A stretch of DNA of 63,173 nucleotides, filler included, from Ministeria vibrans ATCC 50519 (lineage: Eukaryota; Protista; Filasterea), in assembly GCA_943704425.1 (NCBI GenBank). It is 11 parts of 11 records of this genome, joined end to end, with 100 filler letters (N's around TTAATTAATTAA, not from the genome) between each part and the next. Parts side by side here need not be neighbours in the genome. Positions count along the whole stretch, not along the records: positions 48,887 to 51,906 come from CALSCP010000283.1; positions 52,007 to 59,438 come from CALSCP010002216.1; positions 59,539 to 61,122 come from CALSCP010002082.1; positions 61,223 to 63,173 come from CALSCP010002827.1; 7 more parts are not named here. One strand, 5' to 3'. A model generated the notes under the pieces. It was not told the DNA's origin and made no database searches. It saw nothing but the letters and a program-made list of their open reading frames with translations. Each line of letters starts with the position of its first letter. Position 1 is the stretch's first letter. Positions 50,540-63,173 of the stretch are shown one piece after another. The position numbers and the translations under genes are program-made.

Positions 50540-51121
50540 TCAGGAACATGTTCCCCACGCTGGACGGGACAGTGTCCATGCGAGGGTAGAGGTGTCAAAG
50601 TTCACAGGAGTGGAAGCAATGTTATCCACACACCAGGCTTTGAGGCTATAAAGAGAGAGAGAGAAAGAGATCAGAAAAACAAAGATATATATATGTATTA
50701 TATTTGTGGTTAATATTTTAGGGGAGGTGAAAAGTCTTACTTTTGATTGAAATTGCTCGCAAAAGCAAACATGCTCGTCATATCAGTCACACTCTATATA
50801 TGCAATATCAGAATTATTATTATTATAATAATAATAATAATTATTATTATTATTATATGATAGTGTCTGTGTCTGCTTTTTTGTACCGAAGTGTCAAAGG
50901 AAAGCGGTTGATTGAATGATGTTGCAGAGGAAAACATTGAAGACATGTCAAGCACACTCTGTAAATGGAAAAGAAAAGAAAGAGCGGCCAATGCAGGAGA
51001 GAGATTGAGTATACACCTGCCTCACAAAACAATATGACTGTGCATTACTTCGGTATTGAGATGAAGAGGTTGATTGAATTGTGTCGCAGTATGAAACATG
51101 GCTTTCATACTAGTCACTCGC

Positions 51122-51201
<80 letters not shown>

Positions 51202-51554
51202 AGACAGGGGAGAGAGAGAGAGGAGAAAGAAACAAAGTGATAAAGAGCGAGAAAGAGAAAATTCAATACAAAAAAGAGAGAAAGAGAAAATTTAATACAA
51301 GAAAACATGTTTCTGTTGTGGTTTTTTGTGTGCTTACTGAAGAATTGAAGCTCAAAGGTTGATTGAATGAAACTGCAGAGTGGAACATTTCTGCCATATC
51401 AATTGCACTCTGAATATCATCAAACGTTAGTAAAGCGAATAATATTCAGCTTGGGAAGAGACGCTCAATCCAATAATCTAACCTGAGTGTTAAAAGAGAT
51501 GGGTTGGTTGAAATTCGTAGTAGCTCGAAACATTGAAGTGAACACAGCCACGTT
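50540..51554 (-). CDS. DUF285/BspA-type repeat protein, 3' part; one repeat per 72-nt exon
   Basis: Exons 51483-51554, 51338-51409, 51049-51120 and 50887-50958 (72 nt each), then 50741-50793 and 50540-50645; all introns GT-AG; repeats xVxDMxxMFxxAxxFNQPLxFxT; C-cap NLKAWCV..I.S.P.NF...W...RPAWGTCS*. Confidence 0.9.
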
Positions 51555-51693
51555 CTATTGCGAACAGAGAGAAAGAAAAAAGAAAAGGGTGAGATAGAGA
51601 TTTTTGAAAGACTGAGTGGCAGAATGCTTGTTTGATTGATAAAGAGAAAGAAAGAAAAAAAAAAAGAAAGAAAGAAAGGAAGAGGAAGAGGGA

Positions 51694-51796
<103 letters not shown>

Positions 51797-52006
51797 AGTG
51801 ATAGAGAGAGAGAAGAAATACTCTTCTTTTGTTATCTTTTTTTTACTTCATCATTCTATTTCATATATTCTATTCTTAAAATATTTATTTCATGTTTCTT
51901 CATTTANNNNNNNNNNNNNNNNNNNNNNNNNNNNNNNNNNNNNNNNNNNNTTAATTAATTAANNNNNNNNNNNNNNNNNNNNNNNNNNNNNNNNNNNNNN
52001 NNNNNN

Positions 52007-52103
<97 letters not shown>

Positions 52104-52489
52104 ATTGCGTTGATCTGGTGTCGTGTGTTCGCGCGGGGGTGGCTGTTGCGACAGAGCTCCCATTGATAATATAATATGTGGATCCAACTTGATGACGTTT
52201 TGCGATCGTTTCGCACTTTGCGGTCTTCCGATCTTGCGCGCGCTGGAGGGTAAATGCATAGTGGCTCTTGCATTCGGAGGGGGGCGAGCATGAGTGATGG
52301 CGATCATTCGTGTTTCATCTGGTTGTGTTTCGCGTTTTTTTTTCGATTTTTTCACTGCAACGATCAGAAGGTCGCAAGCTATTGTCTGCTGGCGCTGCAG
52401 GAGGGTGCTCCGATTGCATGTTGATTGCAGTGTGGCACAAGGGGGCTTCGTGACTGATGTAAAAAGCCTTTTTTTGGGTTTTTGCGTAG

Positions 52490-53589
<1,100 letters not shown>

Positions 53590-53774
53590 CACGTTGTCAA
53601 AATAATTAACACGGTCCCTCATTTTCCTGTAAGATGTGAAGATTAGAGGGTTGGTCGCGACCGACTGATCTGGAAAGAAAATCTCTTTTTCACACATTCA
53701 GTTGAATAAATCAGTTCATTCACACTTTTTATTAGTATCCACTTGTAAACCCCCCCTTTTTTATTACACTGACA

Positions 53775-54778
53775 ATGGCTGAGGAGAAGTTTGACGGCAT
53801 TCTGCTTGGGATTGCGTCGCAGTCGGAGGGAATTGAAGATTTGCTCAACACGTTTTTCAGCTTTCTTGCGCGCAAGACGGACTTTTTCGGTGCGTCTCGC
53901 GACAAGTGCGAGGCGACGGTGCGTGCAGTGGTTCGACGACACCAAAAGGCGTGGGAAAAGGAGCATCCGAAGCAGACGGAGGAGAAGGAAAAAACACAGT
54001 CGACCTCGACCGCTTCATCGTCCGCCTCAGGAGCATCGGGCGCCTCTGCTGCTGCTGCTGCCGCTGCCAAGGTTGCTGCCGATGACGGACCTAAGATTAT
54101 GGAGATTGACGACGACGAGGCGACGCGCATTGCGGAGCAGCAGAAGCAGACGGAGCTGGAAAAGGAAAAGGCTCGCTTGGCACGCGCATATCCAACGAAG
54201 AAGGACGGGGGCGAGAAGAAGAAGGGCACGAAGGAGCAGGGAGGAGGCGGCGAGGCGGCGGGCGAGAATGCCGCGGAGCAGGAGGAGGAGGAGGAGGAGG
54301 AGGAATCGACGAAGCAAGCGCCAAATGTGGGCAATGGCGGTTCGACCGATGTGTATGTGTGGACGCAGACGTTGGGCGAGCTGGAAATGCGCATTCCGGC
54401 CAATGTGGCGTTCCCGCTTAAGAGCAAGGATGTCGTGGTGTCGATCAAGAAGACACATCTGACGGTGGGCATCAAGGGCCAGACGCCGCTTGTCGACGGA
54501 GACTTTCCGGAGCAGGTCAAGTGCGAAGACAGCTTTTGGACGCTTGAAGACAAGAAGACGATTGCCATTCAAGTAAGAAGAACTTATGATCAAAAATCAA
54601 TATATATATTGAATCAAATTACTAATATCTTGTGTGTATCTATTTCTGTGCGTGTAGCTTCAAAAGGTGAACCAGTCTGGCTGGTGGAAATGTGCGATTG
54701 TGGGCGATGAGGAAATCAACACAAAGAAGGTTGAGCCGGAGAACTCGAAACTGTCCGATCTTGATGGAGACACAAGAG
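53775..54778 (+). CDS. NUDC: Nuclear migration protein NudC (last exon(s) not found)
   Basis: [12 protein letters not shown]...[12 protein letters not shown]; PNVGNG...YVWTQTL.E; CS domain; [21 protein letters not shown]. Confidence 0.92.
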
Positions 54779-54907
54779 GTAGCAAAAAAAAAAATAGATA
54801 GAGGGCACGGAGATGTATTTGAAGTACCTGTCAGTGCTCGCGCTCACACACACACACAAAAAAAAAACACACACACACACACCCACCCACCCACACACAC
54901 ACACACA

Positions 54908-54999
<92 letters not shown>

Positions 55000-55047
55000 C
55001 GGATCAGAGCCGCGCTCTGCCCGAATCTGATACACCAGTGGCAAGCC

Positions 55048-56258
55048 ATGTCGTTCTTCCCGACATTGTGAGTGTGAAGGTACTTGTGTGAGGCAGGGTG
55101 GCAGCGAGCGTAACCTTGTCGCGTTGTCAAGGTAACGCGCCACGGAGGCAGCACCGCGACGGGCGACAAGGATGAAAACCAAGACGAGTACAATATAGTG
55201 GACATTGGCGTTGAGGAAGGGCTCTTTGTCGTACGCATTTTTTTTTGCTTCTGTTCAGAGATGCACTAATTCTCTGTCACAGGGCGTGTACGACGGCCAT
55301 GGCCCGTACGGCCGACACTTTGCCACGTATGTGAAGGGCCAGTTTCTACGGGTTCTCAAGACACAGTCGACATTCTTGACAGCGCTTCAAGTAAGTCAAG
55401 GTCGCTTCATCGTTACTCTCTCACTTGTTTGTGATTCTGTCCAGGAGGCGTTCGCGCCAACATTTGCTCAGCTGCAGGAGAACCTTAAAAAATACAACAC
55501 CTCGACATTCAGTGGCACAACAGCGACCGTTGCGATTGTGCGGAAAGGCATTCTCTATGTAGCACACACGGGAGACTCGCGCGCCATCTTAGGAATACAA
55601 CAAGATGGAAAAGAAAGAGATATTGTGCCCTTTGTACTCACGCTCGATCACCAGGCACGGATGAACGCACAGAAGGAGAAGCGCCAAGAGTGACTCTGTG
55701 CTGTCTGTGTAGGCGGATGATGAGAGTGAAGCAGCGCGGTGTCGTGCGGCAGGAGCGCGTCTTGAGCCATTGACGGACAGACGGACCGGCGAGCACATTG
55801 GGCCAATGCGCGTGTGGAAAGGGTCCGAAGGATATCCCGGCCAGTGTGTCACTCGCACTCTAGGTGACACAGGTAACGAGTGTGTCTGTGTGGGCATTGA
55901 ATGAGACTCACTCTGTTGTGTGGTTGTATTTCAGTGGCACACACGTTAGGTGTGAACTGTGTACCAGACGTTAGAATACGACATCTCAGTGCAGCAGACA
56001 AAGTGATGATTGTCGCAACAGGTCAGAAGTAGACGAAATGAGAAAGGAGGGAGAAAGAATCAAACAAAGTGATATATATATATTATAGAGAGTGTGTGTG
56101 TGGAAGAGAGAGAGAGAAGAAATTATTCTAAAGTACTTTTTTCTAAGATGGAGTGTGGGACGGACTGAGCAACGATGAGTGTGTGTCATTGGCAATGAAA
56201 CACTATCCCAATGCAGAACTGGCCGCCCAAGAGATTGTCACGCACGCTTTGAAGGTTA

Positions 56259-56305
<47 letters not shown>

Positions 56306-56429
56306 TACTATTCTCACTCACTGAGTCAAATTGTCACTGTCGTGTTAATTGATATAGGGACTGGAGAAGGAAGATATTGCTGATAATGTGACTGCAACAG
56401 TGTGTTATTTTCAAATGAACCAGCATTAA
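55048..56429 (+). CDS. PP2C-family protein phosphatase, multi-exon
   Basis: QDEY; GVYDGHG; SGTTATVA; VAHTGDSRA; LDH; VTRTLGD; DGVWD; DNVT. Confidence 0.88.
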
Positions 56430-56453
56430 ATAATTAGTCTGTGTTACTTTAGT

Positions 56454-57325
56454 TTATACAAAATTACAGTAATAATTTTTGAGTGGGCTCACTCTTCTTT
56501 GGCGGATAAATGAGAGGGAAAATGGCAGAGCTGATACAGCCACGACGGTAAAAGTAAATCTTATTGAGTTCAGAGGGGACAGCGAGAGGACTAAGACGAG
56601 CGGCGACGAGTTGGTGGTGGGCCAGTACACGCACACGACGGTCAAGGTGGAAGACAGGAAACTGCGATCGCTTGTTGGTCATCACGACTTCCATCTACAA
56701 AGAGATAGAGAGAGAAAGGGAGAGAGCAATAGGAGTCAATGTGTGTGAGATTGATTGATTGTGACAGGTTCGTCGAGTAATAGTTGGTAGAGAGAGATTT
56801 TAATGCCCTAGTTTGAATTGCTCTTACTGGATCAAACTTCTGCTTTGGATCAATCACAGTGGCAGCATCGCCCATCATAAACCACCGCACAGTCGTCATT
56901 GGTCCCTATCCAGAGAGCAAGCGAGGAGAAAATGAGAGAGAGAGAGAGAAACAAAGTGATAAAGGGAGTGATAGAGTAGACAGCCATCCTATCAACACAT
57001 ATGTGTGCATGTGTGGTTACGAGTGGATGTTCACTGATTGCGAGGATTTGTGCAATGAACTTTTCGTTGTCATGAACACGGCGGACACCCGAAACAGTTG
57101 CATAGTCTCCCACTCGGAACTCACGTGCAGTGGTGCCCACACCACTAAAAGGAAGTTAGCGTGAGTAAGCTGTGTATTTTCTATCTCTATCACTTTGTTT
57201 CTCCATCACTTTGTTTCTTTCTCCCTCTTTTTTCTCTATCACTGTTTCTTTCTCCCTCTTTTTTCTCCATCACTATGTTTCTTTCTCCATCTTTTTTCTC
57301 TATCACTTTCTTTCTTTCTCCTCTT

Positions 57326-57358
<33 letters not shown>

Positions 57359-59171
57359 CGTACATGAAAATGACGTCGTGAGCAAGACAGGCGCCCATTG
57401 GCTTGCCCACGTCAGTAAAGAAGTACGGTTCGCGTGGAGTGGGAAATGTGGCGCTGGAGGGCGCACTAGAACGATGCTGGAAGGCCTCGTTGACACTGTT
57501 GATGACATTGCTGCGAATGTTCTAAAGGGGAATCGACAAAGATGCGCACAGACACACCAAATTATTAGGGTTAGTTAGGGTTACACTAATTATCACTCTG
57601 GGAATCACAGTAATTCAAAATAATAATAATAATAAAATAATAAAAGTAATGATGATAATAAGAAAAAATTAACAATAATGACGTCTTATTATTAATAATA
57701 ACAATAATAATAATAACAAAAATGATAATAATAAAAATAATAATAATTATTATTATTATTATTATTATTTTTTGATATTTTGATCTTACGCCTTGCTTAG
57801 CTTCGTCAAAGGCAGTGAGAATGGCCTTCGCCGGAGCAGTCGGGTGGTCGCGCTCAAGATGCTGACAGAGATACACACGCGACTGATATGCCTTCTCACA
57901 GCCACTGATGCCACACGTTAGATTGGACGTGTTCTGATGCCTAACATACACACACACACACAGTTACAGTGAAAAATAGTGATAGAAAAAAAAAAGTGAA
58001 AGTGAGTAACAAAGTGGTAGAGAAAACCACAGAGAGAAAGAATGCGTACGCATTTGCTACGTGATCGGCAAAGTGGTAGACACAGGAGAAGGTGATATTG
58101 CAGTGGGGGAAGAGGCAGTGGTAGGGAGTGGATGGGTTGGGCTTGGAATAAGCAAATAATCCTGCAATCCCTTGCTGCATCAGCACGTCCTACACCATTA
58201 CAAACATTATACGATGGGATAAAGGGGAGTTTAATGACGTACGGGAGTGATTTCGCCTCTGGGGAGGTAGCGCAGGTAGTGATTGAGAAGGACGCGAAGA
58301 TCGTTGGTAGACATGACGTAACGGCTGCGAGGCAAGATAGGAGGAGGCACGGGAATGGTTTGGTCGGCGCGAACAAATGCACGGGAGGCGGTGGGAAGGA
58401 AGGAGGCTATGGCGGGTGAGGCGCGCACACCCGCTTCAATTGCAGCCGACACAATCGCAACGGCGTTGTCTGATGTGTTGCTGCGCAGCGCCGCTTCCAG
58501 GACCGGTGGTACTTCTTCGCTGAGAGGCGCCAGTGTCTCGTGTGAAACGGCTGGGAAGGCGTCTTCGCTGTCGGCGAGCTTGGAAAACGGCGAAATGGGA
58601 TTGGCGTGGCTGAGTGCATAGACGCCATCGAGGGCAGTGGCAATGCGGCCGATGTAGGCGCCTCGCGCGACGCAGATGTGGCACAGCGGATAGCCAGTGT
58701 GCGTCACAGGGAGTCCAGTGGAGTCGGTCGAGTCCGCCAGCGGTCCGTGCTGCGGATTGTGCGCGCGCGACTTGGCAAAGACCTCCATCAGACACGTCAA
58801 GTGAAACACTGCGCCACAGCCGCCACACGGGAACAGTGCAGGCGCATCGCGCGACCCGGCACACATACAGCACCACAGTCCACTCGTCGCCACTTCTTCG
58901 GCGTGGTACAGCACTGTTTTGTCTGTGAGATGACCCCAAATGAAATGTATAGAGAAAAAAAAAAAACGAAAACGAGTCAAGTTGAGAGTGTGACGAAAAA
59001 TAGGCACAGTTCCACCATACGATTCCATCCATCACGAATAAACACATCACCGACTCCTTCATGGTAGTGGAAGTCTGCAGGAGAGAGACGCTGGGGTGAG
59101 ACAAAACTGAAAATGCGCACTGGGAGTTCCTTACACGGAGCCTGCTTCACTTTGGGCCCCATTGCCGACAT
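56454..59171 (-). CDS. Chromatin-reader-like protein: PHD/RING-like finger, C2H2 finger, BAH-like domain
   Basis: CCMC...LFPCGGCGAVFHLTC...CHIC; CGISGCEKAY...LCQHLERDH; FRVGDY...FIAQILAI...VRWF. Confidence 0.6.
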
Positions 59172-59538
59172 AGTCGCAGTGCTTTGCGACACCACGAGCA
59201 GAATGACAACGGTAAATGAGAAAATAAATAGACAATAATTATTTTTTTGTCTTGTGTGATCGTGATTCAATATAATATTTATTATGTCAAGTGAAAGGTC
59301 TCTCATACAATTCAAGTGAAAAGTCTCTCAAGTGAAATTATAATTATTATTATTATTATTATTGTGTAAAAAGTTTACTCAAAATCAAATTATTTACATG
59401 CTTCCGCCATAGTCTATAACCCCCCCCCCCCAAAATAANNNNNNNNNNNNNNNNNNNNNNNNNNNNNNNNNNNNNNNNNNNNTTAATTAATTAANNNNNN
59501 NNNNNNNNNNNNNNNNNNNNNNNNNNNNNNNNNNNNNN

Positions 59539-59698
59539 ATATCTAGGGTACCAACTGAGGACTCTGCGTCGTATGTTTTTGAGAATACCATCGTTGGCAC
59601 TCGACTTCATTGTCTCTACAGGTCAGTCTATATTTCAGTGCTTAATTTAATAATAATAATAATAATAATAATTATTATTATTATTTTATTATTATTAA

Positions 59699-59754
<56 letters not shown>

Positions 59755-61013
59755 TTCTTCTTCTTCTTCTTCTTCTTCTTCAATTCGTACTCGTGCCAGG
59801 GTGTGCACACGTCTCCCGCTTTGATGTTGCTGCACAGAAACCAAACGCGAATGCAAAATAAAGAGATGAAAAGTAATTATTATTAATAATGACAATCATA
59901 AAACTTAGTAATATTCTTACAGTGGCTTGTCTTCGTAGCCAAAGGCTGGTGTGTCGTCTGCGCCGCGGAAACCTTGTGGCTGGTAACCCATCGGAGTGAC
60001 TGCCATTGTCATAATTTATTATAATAATTATAATAGTATTAATTATTTTTTTGGTTTTGCTGATTTAAATTCATGTTAGCTATTCCTAGCTAGGGGTTTA
60101 CCTTCGTCGTAGTAGAAGAGACGCATTGTGACTGACTGGCCCTCAGGCATGGGCTTCAACATCTGAGTGAGCACCACAAGCGTGCGAAGCATTTTGAGCT
60201 AATAATAAGTATAAACGTACAACGTGGTTAAACAACGTACTGTGGAACATCACTCTGTAGAAATGAGAATGTCGTCGATGCGTACTGTTGCCTTCTTGAT
60301 TTCTTCAGGATTGCTCGCGGTTGCCACTGGCACTTGTTCATTGCCCTTGAACACACTCATGGCTCGGCTGCGGTGCTCGAACTTGAAAGTGTAGCTTTCA
60401 ACAAGCGTCTAAAAGAATTGTTATAGTAATTCTAAGCTCAACCTGTTTATGATAACTAACCTGAGGGTCTTCGGGGTCGTTGTAGATGGCGAGAACCGCT
60501 TGGCGCAGGTACTGTTTTTGCAAAGCTTCAAAACACGCATCAGCCCATGACATGAGCGTGTCCGCGCGTTTGTCCACGTTTTTACCTTCGTCAAATTAGT
60601 GGAAATTATTTTATTATCATAATTATTATTATTAGTATTATTATTTTAATTATCATTATTATTATAGGATTATTATTATAGTATTATTATTATAGTGTTA
60701 TTATTATTAGGATTATTATTATTAGTATTATTATTAGCATTGTTAGTAGTATTATTAGTATTAATTATAATTTTGCGGCGTTTTCATTACGGAGCATTTT
60801 TAGAGGCTGTCCTTCGACGATGCAGTTTTCAAAGCAGTCTTCGTCAAACATGGCACGCAGATAGGTGATGTTGGAAATGGTGATGCGCAAGAGGTTGCGC
60901 ACAAGATTGAGCGAGAGTTGACTCGAAAGAGCCTCTGTCGAAGCTTTTTGCTCAGCTTCGACCGAAGTCTTTGTTGTTTGTTTGGAGCCGCGCACGAGGA
61001 CGGCAGTGGCCAT
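59539..61013 (-). CDS. HOP1: Meiotic HORMA-domain protein HOP1/HORMAD (3' truncated)
   Basis: SLNLVRNLLRITISNITYLRAMF.E.CF; FEALQKQYLR; LVESYTFKF; LRTLVVLTQML.P.P...TMRLFYYD; TPMGYQPQGF. Confidence 0.88.
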
Positions 61014-61088
61014 AATTGGTATCGAATAAAATTTCTATGTGTAAATAAAGCCAGTCAAGAGAGTAAGATATGTATTGTTGTTGTTGTT

Positions 61089-61122
<34 letters not shown>

Positions 61123-61284
61123 NNNNNNNNNNNNNNNNNNNNNNNNNNNNNNNNNNNNNNNNNNNNTTAATTAATTAANNNNNNNNNNNNNNNNNNNNNN
61201 NNNNNNNNNNNNNNNNNNNNNNATGAAATTCTTTGGGTCGAACAAAAAAAAAAAAAAGAAAAAAGAAAGCGAATGACAAAACAT

Positions 61285-61609
61285 AATGATTTATGGGGCT
61301 CCTTGAGCCACTGAGCTCGGCTACAATGCCAAAGGGGCATGTATTTGGCTCAGTGAAGAAACCGAAATAAAATATGTTTTTTGTGCTCTTTATCGTAAAG
61401 TGCACAATATCAAAAAGTACAAATCTTTTTGGGAAAAAAAAAAAAGATATGTGGGGCGCCTTTTAGCCACTGGTATCTTGTATTGCAACATGTATCGCCA
61501 CATCACATCCATGATGCACAGTGAAGGAGCCGAAATAAAATAGTTTCTTTTTGCTCTTTATCGTAAAGTGCAAAAAGTACAAATCTTTTTGGGTTGAACA
61601 ACACAACAA

Positions 61610-61642
<33 letters not shown>

Positions 61643-61745
61643 TATGTGGGGCGCCTTTTAGCCACTGGTATCATGTAACGCCTCATTGCGTTGATGATGC
61701 CCAGTGAAGGAACCGAAATAAAATAGTTTCTTTGTGCTCCTTATG
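61285..61745. repeat. About three diverged copies of a ~170-190-bp tandem unit
   Basis: TGGGGCGCCTTTTAGCCACTGG, CCGAAATAAAATA and AAAGTACAAATCTTTTTGGG recur. Confidence 0.75.
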
Positions 61746-61808
61746 TTGACATTGGAATCTCATCCAATTGAGAGGAAGTCATTAAGAATCAATTGGTCCG
61801 GGCTGAAC

Positions 61809-61892
61809 ACACTGACGCAAAATGAGCGCACACTGACGCAAAATGAGCGCACACTGACGCAAAATGAGCGCACACTGATGTAAAATGAGCGC
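61809..61892. repeat. 21-bp minisatellite, 4 copies (ACACTGACGCAAAATGAGCGC)
   Basis: Three exact copies and one variant, no spacers. Confidence 0.92.
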
Positions 61893-62493
61893 ATCCACAC
61901 ATATTATTATTATAATACTCCCATTATTGGAAGGGGTAGAGAAAAAAAAAACATAAAATTTAATACTGAAAAGCACAAACGTGAATATAATGCAGGAAAA
62001 TGGAACAATCGCAGACCACCACATACGATCAACGGGATGGTCATGTGATCTTGGTCAGGAAGACTGTCAAAAAAGGGATCGGCGCAAAGTGATTTGGAAT
62101 GCACACACAGTATTCATAAAAATTAAGTTCACTCCAAGGCAAAAAAAAGAAGAAAAAAAAAAGAGAAAAAAGAATGGGACAATCCATATTCACACAGGCG
62201 ACGCATTCCTTGCATCCTCCTATGTGGAATTGCCGAAAGAAAAATCGGCCCAAGGTGCACTATATTCATGAATTGTTTTTTCCTTTCGTTTTTTCGTTTT
62301 TGTTGACTCGACCACGCACAAAAAGACGAAATACAGTTAATGGGATAGGGCAGCTTTTTTTTTTTTTGTTCACGTCAACCTTTCAGAACTTAATCTGTCG
62401 GAACGTGACATTGCCACACAATAATTATAATTATATAATTATAATAATTATGATAACTATTCTCTCTTTCTCTCTGTTTTGGAGTGTATCTCA

Positions 62494-63140
62494 CCTGGAT
62501 CAGTTGCACTGATGAGTGCGCCAAACTCAAGACAGTTGACCGCCCCAATGTCAATATTCTGCCACTTCGCATAAAAGTACATTGTGTACCTACACCATTG
62601 AATGCGAAGAGACTGGTAAGTAGGGGAGAGGACAAAAAATTGCACAATCGAAATGGCGTGGAATGAGTAACATTTGCACATCCCTGCCACACACAAACAC
62701 ACTCTCTCTTCTCCCATTCAATTCGCTCGCGCCTGTTCCCTCTGCCTCCCTCGATATATCTCCCTGGCGCGCGCTCATATCGTTGCTTACCCAGTCAGGA
62801 AACATGCGACGGTGGTGCCGATGAAGGCAAATGCGCCAATCGCGCCAATGTTCTTAAAGAAATGCTGCAATGACACACAACAACAACAATAATAACAATG
62901 AAACAAAAACAATCAGTCCACACAGACACACCACAACGCCCACACGATACCTTCTTCTTGAGGTCGTAGCCGGCATTGAAAATAATGGGCACAAGCAGAA
63001 TGTAGAAAAAGAGTTCCGGATCAAAGAGCGCTCGTTCGCTAATCTTCTTTGAGGCAGCCTTGAGAATGAGACCCACAATAACACCTAAGCAAGACACATC
63101 GCCCCGGGCCGGTTACCAATCACCATAGCGCGACAGGAAG
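62494..63140 (-). CDS. Na+/H+ exchanger (CPA1, NHE6-8-like), internal exons
   Basis: FDPELFFYILLVPIIFNAGY; FFKNIGAI..FAF.GT; FGALISATDP. Confidence 0.9.
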
Positions 63141-63173
63141 TAGAAAAAAAAAAAAAAAAAAAAAAAAAAAAAA

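Noticed and set aside
61809-61892. CRISPR-like array
   Set aside because: Head-to-tail repeats with no spacers, no cas genes, eukaryotic context.

Overview
Eukaryotic, intron-rich DNA. The SH2-type cytoplasmic tyrosine kinase, FoxN-type forkhead, FKBP15 and Notch-type EGF arrays point to a unicellular animal relative (holozoan-like; inference). The window is 11 unrelated contigs joined by N-TTAATTAATTAA-N spacers, so adjacency across spacers carries no information. Recognisable host genes: GST, FKBP15, YqaJ-type nuclease, DNase II, FoxN2/3-like, Spt4, Tec/Src-like kinase, two ankyrin proteins, glucokinase, NudC, PP2C, a PHD/BAH protein, HOP1/HORMAD and an NHE. Three things stand out. (1) A gene barely visible in the ORF track (50540-51554, minus) in which four consecutive exons are exactly 72 nt, phase 0, and each encodes one bacterial-type DUF285/BspA repeat. 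This is an exon-cassette architecture for a repeat receptor, and a second gene fuses the same bacterial module to a cubilin-like/EGF head. (2) A spliced gene fusing a death-effector-domain-like head to a Rad50/SbcC-type SMC ATPase with a zinc hook (24917-28055). (3) On the same contig, a Polinton/PLV-like endogenous element (decayed rve integrase with a poly(A) retroposon insertion, repeat/hairpin block, divergent pPolB, D5/SF3 helicase) next to an intronless, bacterial-like kinase. All family calls are by-eye motif recognition; no searches were run.
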